Positions 54,372-64,000 of a DNA stretch of 64,000 nucleotides are shown in pieces. The stretch spans positions 1,029-65,028 of the forward strand of contig NW_021830466.1 of assembly GCF_006345805.1 (NCBI RefSeq). Reading direction: 5' to 3'. Every line of letters starts with the position of its first letter. Positions within the stretch are counted from its first letter, which is position 1. The notes beneath the pieces were generated by a model. The model saw nothing but the letters and a program-made list of their open reading frames with translations, had not been told where the DNA came from and ran no database searches. Position numbers and translations under genes: made by a program. The stretch is from Octopus sinensis. Its lineage: Eukaryota.

Positions 54372-55931
54372 TATATAATTAGCGGGCTTCCGCACAGTTC
54401 TCGTCTACCAAAATTCACCCACAGATGCCCGGAACTATAACAGACACTTGCCTAAGGTTCCACTCGAAGCTACGTTGTTGCAAAGCAAACGTCTTAACCC
54501 CACAGCCATGCCTGCAATTATTTGCCATGTTCCATGTAAGATTCAGTTTAGGAAGATTGCTCGAATTTGTCTGCGATTGTAAAACTACCAAAGCCATTCT
54601 AACATAACGCTACGAAAGGTGCGTAATATTGAACCCAGCTAGTTAGCGGAGAGGTTGTTGGGTTGGCTATCGATGATTGTTAGCTGGGCACACATTACTT
54701 CCTCCTTGCTTCTCCTCCATCTCAGAGACCTTCATCAAACTATAACAGAAAACAACGTCCTATGTGCTGGACCGCTAATTTTTAATAATAATAATGATGA
54801 TAATAGTAATAATTATGATGATGGTGTTGATTTAAAATTTTGGCACAAGACCAACAATTTCGGGTGAGCTGGGTAAGTCAATTACATCGACCTTAGTACT
54901 CTCAACAGATATTTATTTCATCGACCCTGAAGGGATGAAAGACAAAGTCGACCTCGGCAGAATTTGAACTCAGAATGTAAAGACGACGAAATGCCGCTGA
55001 GCATTCTGACAGCTCGCCAATAATATATTTTATTTCTTCATGCGCCCTTTTCAAGCCTAGCCAGGCTCATGGGCTCGGTTTCTCGGTTTTTGTGGCGTAT
55101 GTGCCCCCCCCCCCAGCTGGACGGGACGCCAGTCCATCGCAGCGTTACTGAAGAAACAGGAAGAAAGAGTGAGAGAAAGTTATGGTGAAAGAGTACAACA
55201 GGAGTCGCCAGTTGGATACCTTATAAATATTGGTATAATTCAATAATAAAGATAAATTAAATATAGAGTTATTCTATTGACATTCAATAATTTATTCATA
55301 TTACAATATTACTTTAAATACTATGAATTAATATAACATAGCATAATATTATATAACATAAATAATTATTACGGAGATGTACTTGCATAGCAAGTGACTT
55401 GATCTGAGATTGTGTGCTGGAACGAAAACAATTGCAGCGTGGAAGGTGTTTATAAGCTATTTAAGAAACACACAAAATCCGTTAGATTCACTTCAACATT
55501 TAAATTTAATTTGTCAAAATATTTTCGTCGCTTTGAGACCGCGACCTGTTCAATGACAAAATTCCGTGTTATAATTATAAAAACCATAAAAGGCCAACAA
55601 ATTGTTTCGACTTATATATATATTTTTTTGATATACATAATCACATTTCCATTATATATAAACTCACTTCAGGGTCATGGTTTAGAAAAAGACGAAATTT
55701 ATATAAAGAACTCCCTACTAAATGCCGCCTGAGCTGGAGGGTTCAATCTTGCCTGGTTTTGTGTGTCAGAGCCAGGGCCAGCGAAGAATGTGTAAAGGTT
55801 TCTTTCCACTCACCTAGCACCAGTAGTTGAATCTCTTTCTGTCTTCTTTCTCGTTCTTCATCGAGCTGGTGATCAATGCTACGACTCCGGGCCAAAGCTG
55901 ACCGATCGGGTTCTCCGCCGCTACAACTCAT
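12990..55931 (-). CDS. Divergent heterotrimeric G-protein alpha subunit, 7 coding exons, 388 aa (spliced CDS 1167 nt)
   Basis: Exons joined by hand: 55931-55814, 51371-51187, 42687-42422, 19938-19810, 18205-18076, 15587-15434, 13174-12990. All introns GT-AG, phases 1,0,2,2,0,1 consistent, no internal stop. All five G boxes are present: GxxxxGKS, RxxT, DVAGQ, NKED, TCAVD. Confidence 0.95.
15434..15587 (-). CDS. G-alpha coding exon 6 (NSMQDSL...[11 protein letters not shown]...FPDYT-G)
   Basis: Acceptor TTATTTACAG, donor AG|GTATTT. 154 nt as in Gq and Gi; NKxD motif. Confidence 0.95.
16044..16425 (+). mobile_element. SINE family B (tRNA-like head, internal TA/TG microsatellite), near full length
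   Basis: GGCGTAGGAGTGGCTGTGTGG...GGTTCAGTCCCACTGCG...GAAACTGAAAGAAGCCC-(TA/TG)n-...CTCCAGCATGGCC; many copies in the window. Confidence 0.88.
17228..17543 (-). mobile_element. tRNA-headed SINE family E (related pieces near 34030-34220, 48830-49110, 60035-60325)
   Basis: Minus: TTTGTGGTTAGG...GGGAGTTCGATTCCC...TTGAGCAAGACACTTTATTTCACGTTGCTCCAGTCCAC. Confidence 0.7.
17612..17972. repeat. Inverted pair of ~140-155-bp arms around (TTA)n, each arm containing a hammerhead-like motif
   Basis: Left 17612-17750 is the reverse complement of right 17817-17972 apart from scattered mismatches and a ~17-nt deletion. Motif C[T/G]GATGA-A-GGCTG-N10-CAGC[C/T]-GAAAC. Confidence 0.85.
18076..18205 (-). CDS. 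G-alpha coding exon 5 ([21 protein letters not shown]; switch II/III)
   Basis: Acceptor CACTTTTAG, donor ATG|GTGAGC. 130 nt as in Gq and Gi. Confidence 0.95.
19404..19691. mobile_element. hAT-type MITE inserted inside a SINE-B copy
   Basis: TIR CAGTGGT[CC/TT]TCAACT; 8-bp TSD GACTAAAC/AACTAAAT (6/8). The SINE sequence resumes after it. Confidence 0.8.
19810..19938 (-). CDS. G-alpha coding exon 4 ([32 protein letters not shown]; switch I)
   Basis: Acceptor TTTTCACTTTCAG, donor CG|GTGAGT. 129 nt as in Gq and Gi. Confidence 0.95.
20545..22570 (+). mobile_element. 5'-truncated, frameshifted R4/Dong-like (R2-group) non-LTR retrotransposon: RT + zinc knuckle + restriction-like endonuclease
   Basis: [10 protein letters not shown] at ~20700 and [12 protein letters not shown] in ORF 20800-22077. 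CRVC...H...C knuckle, RPDIIV...IDMTVP...KYKDL RLE motif in a shifted frame at ~22060-22376. 3' UTR ends in (AAT)n. Confidence 0.88.
24020..24134. mobile_element. Small hAT/Charlie-type MITE
   Basis: TIR CAGGAATGGGCAACC / CAGCCATGAGCAACC; TSD ATCTAAAT/CTTTAAAT (6/8). Confidence 0.65.
26067..26394 (+). mobile_element. Helentron/DINE-like non-autonomous element
   Basis: 5' TTATTACCTCC[A/G]CC, 3' sub-terminal GGCGGAG plus short hairpin and TT. Body shared with 1-306 and 5722-6051. Classification is by end structure only. Confidence 0.6.
26723..27090 (+). mobile_element. SINE family A, dimeric copy
   Basis: Head GGCGAGCTGGCAGAATCGTTAGC..., B-box-like GTTCAAATTCC; the body repeats after AAAGAAATAGG. 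Confidence 0.85.
27760..27960 (+). mobile_element. Solo Penelope-type pseudo-LTR-like segment with degenerate hammerhead motif (27813-27847)
   Basis: GTTT-CTTATGA-A-GAGC-TTT-GCTC-GAAAC-AT-A-AAAC: stem I GTTT/AAAC and stem II GAGC/GCTC pair, core mutated. Flanks resemble 36535-36800. Confidence 0.5.
28776..30215 (+). mobile_element. SINE family B split at its (TA)n centre by the long-TIR element
   Basis: 5' half 28776-28935, 3' half ~29973-30215. Confidence 0.75.
28981..29862. mobile_element. Unclassified long-TIR (foldback/MITE-like) element: ~304-bp inverted arms, 273-bp spacer
   Basis: Arms 28981-29284 and 29558-29862 are near-identical reverse complements; the ORF track gives the same 60-aa ORF from both. 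No transposase; inserted at a (TA)n tract. Confidence 0.85.
31490..31935. repeat. (TACA)n then (TG)n microsatellite block; mirror-composition (TATG)n blocks at 32455-32825 and (TACA)n at 33243-33512
   Basis: Direct inspection. Confidence 0.9.
32005..32388 (-). mobile_element. SINE family B, full length (other copies at 1041-1315, 14148-14285, 19021-19765, 27590-27712, 28274-28702, 35602-35918, 50180-50390, 54060-54510)
   Basis: Reverse complement of 16044-16425. Coordinates of the additional copies are approximate. Confidence 0.88.
32873..33057. repeat. Near-perfect 90-bp inverted repeat with 5-nt loop (GTGTA)
   Basis: Arms 32873-32962 and 32968-33057 are reverse complements with one mismatch seen (ttctcaagtt vs aacttcagaa). 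Confidence 0.95.
33075..33242 (-). mobile_element. Possible RLE-domain fragment of another R2-group LINE
   Basis: [32 protein letters not shown] resembles the EKxxxY..L...P-I-I-I-G C-terminal segment of RLE domains. Short and degenerate. Confidence 0.4.
36535..36800 (-). mobile_element. Penelope-type pseudo-LTR-like segment carrying a minimal hammerhead-like motif (36619-36653)
   Basis: Minus strand GTTT-CCGACGA-A-GAGC-TCC-GCTC-GAAAC-GT-C-ATAC. Same strand as, and downstream of, the Penelope ORF. Related to 27760-27960. Confidence 0.55.
36826..39475. repeat. ~2.6-kb complex (TG)/(TATG) microsatellite array with two GC-rich islands
   Basis: Direct inspection; includes a 30-bp unit x3 at 36830-36935. 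Confidence 0.9.
39500..41452 (-). pseudogene. Penelope-like element ORF (RT + GIY-YIG endonuclease), frameshifted
   Basis: [15 protein letters not shown] (40930-41472), [30 protein letters not shown] and RYIADC (catalytic DD changed to AD) in 39828-40930. [24 protein letters not shown]...EQ..I...HGLN in 39417-39815. Markedly GC-rich relative to its flanks. Confidence 0.93.
41488..41883 (-). mobile_element. Non-autonomous Helitron (396 bp)
   Basis: Minus strand starts A|TC and ends with hairpin CCCGAGCAACGCCGGG, a short spacer, then CTAG|T. No TSD; in (TA)n. Confidence 0.8.
42422..42687 (-). CDS. G-alpha coding exon 3 (helical domain with insertion; ...[11 protein letters not shown]...)
   Basis: Long polypyrimidine acceptor ending CATTACAG, donor TA|GTAAGT. 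266-nt open frame; [10 protein letters not shown] matches G-alpha WxDxGIQECY. The 5' boundary is less certain because of an internal in-frame AG at 42508. Confidence 0.85.
42905..44934 (-). mobile_element. Dimeric tRNA-derived SINE (family A) interrupted by the pogo element
   Basis: Removing 43090-44658 restores ...GACGAAATA|CCTATTTC..., the same dimer junction seen at 26920-26930. Confidence 0.85.
43090..44656 (+). mobile_element. pogo-family (POGK/Passer-like) DNA transposon, internally deleted, TA TSD
   Basis: 27-bp TIRs CCGTATTTGACGGCATATAGGACGCAC / GTGCGTCTAATATGCCGTCAAATACGG flanked by TA. ORF from 43981 has a TGA at 44023, then Brinker-like [16 protein letters not shown]-like HTH (GWCYRFMKR) and first catalytic motif NMDEVP, truncated at 44586. 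Confidence 0.92.
45225..46880 (-). mobile_element. SINE family B split at its (TA)n centre by the Tc1 element
   Basis: 3' half 45225-45464, 5' half 46696-46880. Confidence 0.75.
45465..46695 (+). mobile_element. Tc1-family DNA transposon, full-length (1231 bp) but pseudogenised, TA TSD
   Basis: TIRs CAG[A/G]GGTTGGACAAAA[T/A][21 protein letters not shown]-terminus, DDNAPIH and WPPQ..D.NIIEHLW motifs, GGPTPY* end. Stops and frameshifts present. Confidence 0.93.
48214..48421. mobile_element. Tigger/pogo-type MITE in a (CA)n tract
   Basis: TIR AGTAATCCCTCG..TATCGC at both ends in inverted orientation. TSD obscured by the microsatellite. Confidence 0.65.
48497..48800 (-). mobile_element. Second Helitron-type non-autonomous element (3' end clear, 5' end approximate)
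   Basis: Same hairpin CCCGAGTAACGCCGGG followed by CTAA|T; body differs from 41488-41883. Confidence 0.6.
51187..51371 (-). CDS. G-alpha coding exon 2 (P-loop [14 protein letters not shown] ... DFNDPSMT)
   Basis: Acceptor TTTTGTCATGTAG, donor GTAAGT. 185 nt, the same as GNAQ exon 2; STFIKQMRI matches Gq. Confidence 0.95.
51403..51633 (-). mobile_element. SINE family A, CpG-intact copy abutting the exon-2 acceptor
   Basis: Matches 26723-26930; its tail ends ~30 nt from the AG at 51373-51372. Confidence 0.88.
53593..53897 (+). mobile_element. tRNA-headed SINE family D (other copies at 34535-34730, 55030-55210, 62205-62470, all minus)
   Basis: Head GGAGGCGCAATGG.CCA.TGGTTA.GGCAGCGGACTCGCG...GGTTTCGATTC with A/B-box-like motifs, then a shared body. 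Confidence 0.85.
55814..55931 (-). CDS. G-alpha coding exon 1 ([40 protein letters not shown])
   Basis: ATG at 55931 with an in-frame TAA 5 codons upstream. Alpha-N helix and beta1 LLVLG; donor G|GTGAGT at 55813. 118 nt, the same as Gi exon 1. Confidence 0.9.
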
Positions 55932-56099
55932 TCTGTTTTCAAGTTACCACCACTGAAAGGGAGTCAAGACAAAGGCAGAAAGTTTACATACAGCCGATCG
56001 TTGGCAAAGAATCAAACGATTGCATTTATTAACTAATTAATTAATTAATCAATTCATTCATTCATTTGTGTGTGTGTTGAGTATGGATGTTATATAATA

Positions 56100-56348
56100 C
56101 AGTGGCTCCCAAACTTTTTGGGCTGTCCCCTTGACACCTAAGCCACATTCGTAGCGTCCCACTCCAATAAACATAGACCTCTTTCTGAAGCAAATTCAAT
56201 ACAACATGAATCATGACCCCCATTATCGCCTCACTTCTTACATGAATCGCTACCCCATTATCGCCCTTCTTTCCTTCAACACCCCCTTGGAACTTTCCAC
56301 TCCCACCCCAGGGGGCGGGAGCAATACCGCCCACTTTGGGAACCACTG
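56100..56348. mobile_element. hAT-type MITE (249 bp)
   Basis: TIR CAGTGG[C/T]TCCCAAA; exact 8-bp TSD ATATAATA at 56092-56099 and 56349-56356. Confidence 0.9.
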
Positions 56349-56569
56349 ATATAATACATAGTAAGTGGTAAACTAAACAGTGCGATAAGGAGATATATTT
56401 GCTTGCAAAGAAATTCCTGTTGCATTTATGACATGGTCACTTTAATGGCACTTTTTCAATATTTGCGATAAAATAAGAATTCATTTATATATTCATATGT
56501 TTTTTTTTGTTCATAGATTACTTTATACCACACTGGTTAAATTCCTATTGACTTTAGCCTTTTAAAATG

Positions 56570-56845
56570 AATTTAGATCAGACCCATATCAAACACTACA
56601 TACAATGTGAATTCAAAAAGGGCTCTTCAGCAACGGAAGCGGCAAGAAATACCCGTTCTGTCTATGGAAATGAAGTTTTAAATGTCTGGACGTGGTCGAC
56701 TATGGTTTGGCCAATTTCATTTTGGAGATTTTTCTGTCGCTAAATATCCTTAATCAGGACGACCAGTTCTGTCAATAGTGAGCTTCTGAAAACCGCAGTT
56801 GACGAAAACCAGAAGCAAACTGCATGGGAATTAGCGAAACAGTTC

Positions 56846-56893
<48 letters not shown>

Positions 56894-57620
56894 AACCTTA
56901 TGGATTTAGGAAAACGGTTAAAACTTGGTCAATGGATCCCTCATTATCAGATTGCTTCTCAGTCGTCATTGAAGAAAAGAATTGTTACCGAACCTTTCCT
57001 GGGTAGAATTACCACAAGTGATGAAGAACGTAACTTCTATAATCATATCCAACGAAAACGACAATGGCTAGCACCAAATGAATCAGGAGAATCCATTACC
57101 AAACTAGGAATACACCCGAAAGCTATTATGCTCAGTTGTTGGTGAGATATGAGAAGTGTCATTTATCACGAAGTGTTAAACCAAAGCGGAACAGATAATG
57201 CGAAGTATAATTAGCAGAAAAAGTGACCATCGTTGGTTAGTCGTTAAAGCGCGTTGCTCTTACACAATAATGCAAGACCACACATTGCCCAAGGAACAGA
57301 TTATGGCATTAGATATTGAAGGTTTGCCTCATCCTTGGTATCCTGACCTTGCACCGTCTGACTATCATCTTTTCAGATTATTACAACATTGAGGTAAATC
57401 AGTTTATTGATTGTGAAGAAGTTAAAAATGATATTGGGTAATTCTTTGCTTCGAAAATTGAAGAATTTTCACCGGTGGGGTTGGAAAATTTGCCAGAATG
57501 ATGGGTTTATGTCACCAATAATGAGGGGAATATTGACCTTGATTAAATACATTAATTAAGACCAAAAAGGCATTTGTTCCTTTCCCATCTTGAGATGCGA
57601 CAGTACTTTCCAACTTGATA
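56570..57620 (+). mobile_element. Degenerate mariner transposase remnant interrupted by (TA)n
   Basis: EFKKGSSATEAARN, LGQWIPH, ITTSDE, HPKAIMLSCW and YPDLAPSDYHLF motifs. Right TIR-like end ...TTCCAACTTGATA|TA; left TIR not found. Confidence 0.85.
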
Positions 57621-57679
57621 TACAGATAGCTGGCTAAAGAGTGACATTGACAGGAGTATACGGAATGAGTGAGAGAGAT

Positions 57680-57757
<78 letters not shown>

Positions 57758-58806
57758 AAGAGAGAGAGAGAGAGAGGGGGGAGCCAGATATATAATTAAC
57801 AGATCAAAGGGGAACATATTGCAGCAACTGATTAATAGAGACACGGTATTAGAGCAAGTGAGTTGGATAGAGATAGAGACATAGCACGAGAGGGATATAA
57901 ATTAGACAGAGTATTATAGAAGGACACACAAAGAAGGGTAGAAAGAGATATAATTTGTGTGGTGGATAGAGAGACACAACGTGCGAGGCAGCTCCTAAAA
58001 CAAAAGACAGAGATCGACTCTGTACGGGCAGAGAGAGGAGAAAAGAAAACCTGGAGCTGATAGAGACTGTTGCATAGATCGATATTGTGATCGATAGAAT
58101 CACGTGGTGTGACACTGACAGTGACATACATACATACATACATACATACATACATACATACATACAGACAGACAGACAAACGAACACACACACATGCATA
58201 CAGACATACAGACAGACATACATACATACATACAGACAGACAGGCAGACAGACTGACAGATTAGGGAAGAGTGATATGGTTACATTAATGCTAGATAGCT
58301 AGATGGATGGACAGACAGATGCTAGACGATAATGGTCATATCATATCGTGTGTGTGTTGATGGACAACGAGATAATTACACATCGTATTAGAGAGCGAGA
58401 TAAGTTAGCAAGATGCTATAAGGCAAAGCAGGAAACATATCAATAAAAAACGAGCAAAACCAAAAAAAAAAATGAAAAATATATAGCAATAACCAAAAAG
58501 ACATATCTCATTATTAGTTTCGTTGTTTGCCGTTTCATCTTTTCCTCCATATTGTTGCTGCTTCAATGAGGCTGTATATTTGATGGCAAACGAAAGACCT
58601 TTTGCTTCCTTTCTCTAACATGGTCTCTCTCCTTTTAAATATGCGTGTCTATATTTCCCAATCTCTTTTATATTCTGTCTATCTATCTCTTCCCTATACT
58701 GTCTCTAATACTCTGTCCCTTTCTGTTTATCCATCAATCAATCAATCCATCTATCTATACACACACTTATATATACGTATAGTGTTTGTGCAAGTATTAT
58801 TGTCTG

Positions 58807-58911
<105 letters not shown>

Positions 58912-59230
58912 AATACTCTGCCCCCTCTCTCTCTCTCAAATATTCTGTCCCTTCCATCTCTCTCTCTCTCTCTAATACTCTGTCTCTGTCCATCTCGCTG
59001 TCACAAATACTCTATTTCACTGTTTCTTTAATACTGTGTATTAATCTAACTCCATCCATCTAATACTGTGTCCCTATTTAACTATATCCCTCTAATAATG
59101 TGTCTATCTCCATTCATCTCTCTAACACCGTGTTTATTCACCAGTATCACTCTAATAATCTCTCTCTCCCTTTTTTCAAATAATGATAACTGTTCCTCTT
59201 ATAATGTATCCGTATCTATCTATCTATCTA

Positions 59231-59323
<93 letters not shown>

Positions 59324-59920
59324 CCTATCCCTCTTATAATGAGTGTGTCTCTCTCTAGATCTCTATAATATTAAGCCTCTATCTATCTCCGCCTCTCTAA
59401 TACCGTATCACAATATCTTGTTTGTCCTTTCGTTTTTTTAATATTTTTTACTCCATATTGTTACTGCTTCACTGAAGATACATATTTGATGGCAAAAGAG
59501 AGAACCTAATCATTCCAAGATCAATACAGATTTGATGCCGTGATAGCATTGTAGAAGACTACAGTTCTCAATCAAAGACGTGGCGTTTAGTGTTAGAGGC
59601 AGTTGTAGTGATATAGGAATAGTAATCGGGATAAGTAATAATAATCTGTAGAGATAAGCATGTCAGTTGAGGAGACAACGTATCTAGGAAGCGAGCAATC
59701 ATGCAGACAGCAAGCAATTCGATACTGTATGCTGTAAACCCTGATTAAGAAGACAGACGATGAGACTGGCAGGAGGAGGGGGAGAAAAAGCGCAAAGAGG
59801 GGGGGAGAAGGAGAATGATGATGATGAGGGAGAGATATAGAAGCTAGAAGGGAAAAAAAGGAGAAAGAAAAAAGACTTCTAAAGACAAAGTAGACGACAA
59901 AACAGGAAATATAGAAAATC

Positions 59921-59968
<48 letters not shown>

Positions 59969-60528
59969 TAATAATAATGATAATAATGATAATAATAATA
60001 ATGATAATAATGATAATGATGATGATTATGATGCTGGACCCTCCCGTCGAAGACGACGCTCGAGCGTTCAGCTTCTGCCTGCACTAATGATTTGTTTCCA
60101 GTGATCAGATGTTTGTTGCTGTACAAAGCTCACTCTCTCCATTGAATCGACGTTTCCTGAACAGGTGAACAGGTGTACCATGCGTCAGGTGTCGAAGTAG
60201 TCACAGAGCAACGTGAGACGAAGTGTTTTGTTCAAGAATACAACGCACTACCCGGTCTAGGGACTGAAACCACGATCTCGCACTTGTGAGTACCACACTT
60301 TAATCACTAGGCCATACGTCCTCACATCAACTACAACAACAACAATAATAGTAATAATAATTCTTTCTGCTAAAGGCACAGGGTCTGAAATTTTGGGGGA
60401 GGGGGACAATCGATTACATCGATCCCAGTACCCCGCTGGTACTTAATTCATCAACCCCGAAAGGAAGAAAGGCAAAGTTTACCTCGGCAGAATTTGAACT
60501 CAGATCGTAAAGACGGGCGAAATACCAC

Positions 60529-60576
<48 letters not shown>

Positions 60577-60578
<2 letters not shown>

Positions 60579-61132
60579 GCCCTAATGCAGTACCAGGCAG
60601 TGGCTCTCATGGCTTCTGATCTTAACTGATTGGAAGTGTTCTCATGTACATTGTTTTGTCTTGGTATAAAAGATGGGCTACAGCAAATATTCTGCTCAAT
60701 ACCTCAGATTTGCTTGTCAGTTGTTTGACCATAACCAGTTGAGCATGTCCCTTAGTGGCTGACGATATGTGCATCTCTGATGACGAGCAGAAGTAGTGAG
60801 GGAGCATCATAGCCATGTGTTTAGGGGAATTCATTGGGGTTTGGATAATTCGCCTTCGGAAACATGGGCGTTTCGTTCAACATCCTTAAGCAACCCTTAT
60901 TCAGGGACCTTTTGAGTGGGATGGGTTACTCGACAAGAAGAAAATTCTAGCTGGGCCCCACCTGCAAGGTCATGTGCTGTTTATCTTGATATGAGATCAC
61001 CATGTCACGCATATATGGTTGTGATGCATGTGCCTAGTGTACCCTTATCAGACGGGTAGTCATGATTGGTATACTGGGCTTCGTCTATTTTTCCTCAGTG
61101 TCACTTTGATGGCATGCACTGCTCTCTCACTC

Positions 61133-61133
<1 letters not shown>
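60577..61133 (+). repeat. ~560-bp non-coding interspersed repeat (family C) between (AAT)n tracts; partial copies at 35935-36249 (+) and 43235-43650 (-)
   Basis: Three copies alignable by eye (e.g. GGGCCCCACCTGCAAGGTCATGTGCTGTTTATCTTGATA). No ORF and no obvious tRNA head. Confidence 0.85.
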
Positions 61134-61222
<89 letters not shown>

Positions 61223-61731
61223 CCCTTCTACTATAGGCACAAGGCCTGCAATTTGTAGAGGGGAGACTAGTTGATTACATCATCCCCAGTACTCCGCTGG
61301 TACTTATTTTATCGACCCCAAAAGGAAGAAAGGCAAAGTCGATCTCGGCGGAATTTGAACTCAGATCGCAAAGACGGACGAAATGCTGCAAAGCATTTTG
61401 TCCGGCAAATTAGAGATTCCGCCAGCTTACCAGCACGAAAATTTATAGTCCTTTATAATTTTGGCACAAGGCCAGCAACTTTAGAGGATTATATCGACTC
61501 TAGCACTCCATTGGTACTTACTCAGTGGAATTTGAATTCAGAACGTGAAAAGCCGAAAGAAATGACACTAAGCATTTTGTTCGGCATTCTAAAAATTCTA
61601 TCAGTTTGCTGCCTTATATTCTTTTTACAATACGCACATAAGCTGAAATTTTGGGTGAAGAGGGTTAATTAATTATATCGACCCTAGTATTTGATTTGTA
61701 CTTTATTTTATTCGACCCGGAAAAGACGAAA

Positions 61732-61795
<64 letters not shown>

Positions 61796-62512
61796 TGTGT
61801 GTGTGTGTGTGTGTTGTGTGTGTGTGTGTGTGTTGTGTGTGATGTAGTGTGTGTGTAGATAGATAGATAGATAGATAGATTGATAAGAGACAGGTATTCC
61901 ATCTTTAAACTCCATTCTGTCAAGACCTCAAATGTAAAATTCTTCCCTGAAGACGGAGGCAGGTGTTATCCGATAATGGAATCAATTTACAATCATAAAT
62001 TTGGACCACCAAGACTCTACAAACAGCTGTTGGACTCGTAAAACTCTTATTCAACCTCTTTAATATCACTTATTTAATATCACAATATTCTGTGTAAGTC
62101 GGACCTTTTTATATGTAAACATCGGTACATCTTTTGTATTAAATATATTCAATACTTTTTGTATATCAACTTACCTAACTTGCATGTCCTTACTCCTTGC
62201 TATACATCGCTGGTCACAATGCGCTTCGCATTGTTTTAGCCTTCAAATGATGCCACCCCGCTGGCTAAGCGAGCAGGCCTAACAGAAGAAAGAGTGAGAG
62301 AAAGTTCCAGCGAAAGAGTACAGCAGGGATCGCCACCACCCCGTGCCGGAGCTTCATGGAACTTTAGGTGTTTTCGCTCAATAAACACTCACAACGCCCG
62401 GTCTGGGAATCGAAACCGCGATCCTACAACCGCGAGTCCACTGCCCTAACCACTGGGTCATTGCGCCTCATATATATATATACATATATACATACATATA
62501 TATATACATATA

Positions 62513-62552
<40 letters not shown>

Positions 62553-62669
62553 CTAATACATAAATAACATACATATACATACATATACACATATATATAC
62601 ATATATACATAATATACATACATATACATACATATATATATATATATATATAATATATATATATATTAC

Positions 62670-62706
<37 letters not shown>

Positions 62707-63646
62707 CACTGTTCTGCTGTTAGTGGAATATCAACAAATATGTACTCCATCCAGTTGGATGTGAGCTACTTTAAGTTTCATGTTCCAATAGTGCAATAAT
62801 CAATACGAGCTTTTATAACTTGCTGTGTGCTATCTGTAATCTGAAGCTGAAAGTTTACCGGATAATACACGACACGCTATGTAAACTCGTCCGATTACTG
62901 AACTATCGAAGTACGAAACTGACATTAGCTGACACTTAAACCCAAGAGCATATGTTGCTAGTTAACCACTTGTTTTTTAATATTCGGTTATCTAATACGC
63001 CGTGGAAAACCGATTGATAAGATCGGCTGAAATGGATCTATAATACTGCATATTTTGATTAATATATATACATGTTTGAGTGTGTTTATGTGTGTGCTTG
63101 TGTGCGTGCGTGTGTGTGCGTGTGTGGAAGCACTCTTCTGGCAGTGAAGACTGCATATTTGGGCTCTCTTGTGCACGTTCCGGTTCATTTCCTTTAAATT
63201 TTCCACTATCTCCCTTACCACCGCCAGCACCAACATCATCCCCTCCTTCATCACCACCACCACCAACACCGCCACCGCCGCCGCCACCACCACAACAACA
63301 ATCTACGCTAATTAAAGTTGGCGCTCGTTTGGTTAAAAGAAAATTATTCATTACACCATACCGCTCTTAAAATATGCAGAAGAAATTGCAGCTTAGAGTT
63401 GCCAACTGTCTCAACCAATTTAAGTTCGTTATATAACAAAGAAATTGAATTCGATTAGTCCAAACAATTGGACGAATTTGCTACAATGGAAATGTTCCAA
63501 TCACTTCCAAGATTATTGCACAACTCTCTCTCTCTTGTGAACCATAATTAACACTGACGTAGGCATTTATATTTTTTTAAATGGCATATCACATATTTTC
63601 CCTACTGAACCCTCCCCTACATGTTACGTAATATCTTATAACTATG

Positions 63647-63682
<36 letters not shown>

Positions 63683-64000
63683 TACATATATTTGATATGT
63701 GTATATATATATATATATATATACAAACATTTATATATATCTCTACATAAATGTATTGGCGTTTACATTTCCAACACACAACACACACACACCACACACA
63801 CACACACACATATATATATATAGTATATATATATATATATAAAAAGATTCGATAATTATATACATAAATATAATTATAATCAGGGTTCAGCTAACTGCTT
63901 CGCCACGGACCGAATTTGAATAGAAGCTAATGTCATTTCAACAACCATAAGTATATCTTGGTAAAATTATTAATTATTAATCAATTAACTAATCTACCCT

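Noticed and set aside
61947-61976. CTGAAGA-CGGA...TCCG-ATAA hammerhead-like motif
   Set aside because: GAAA is not intact, with no helix III or stem I.

Overview
AT-rich, microsatellite- and transposon-dense eukaryotic genomic DNA, not prokaryotic. The repeat content (several tRNA-headed SINE families, (AAT)n/(TA)n/(TATG)n tracts) looks like a coleoid cephalopod, probably Octopus; this is inference. The only host gene I can reconstruct is a minus-strand heterotrimeric G-protein alpha subunit spanning about 43 kb (55931 to 12990). It has 7 coding exons of 118/185/266/129/130/154/185 nt, all introns GT-AG and phase-consistent, giving 388 aa. It does not fit a standard class: Gq-type intron pattern, Gi/o-type C-terminus (-KCGTY, Cys at -4), Gs-type TCAVD, no Gly2, a deviant P-loop (GASGSGKS instead of GAGESGKS) and a ~37-aa insertion in the helical domain. 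Its introns carry decayed R4/Dong-like LINEs, a Penelope-like element with hammerhead-ribozyme-like motifs, Tc1, pogo and hAT elements, Helitron/Helentron-type non-autonomous elements, two large palindromes, an unclassified 304-bp inverted-repeat element and a four-level nested insertion; a mariner remnant and one hAT MITE lie just upstream of the start codon. SINE copies left of ~15 kb have lost their CpGs while those to the right keep them, suggesting a methylation-domain boundary. Nearly all other ORFs in the track are microsatellite artefacts.
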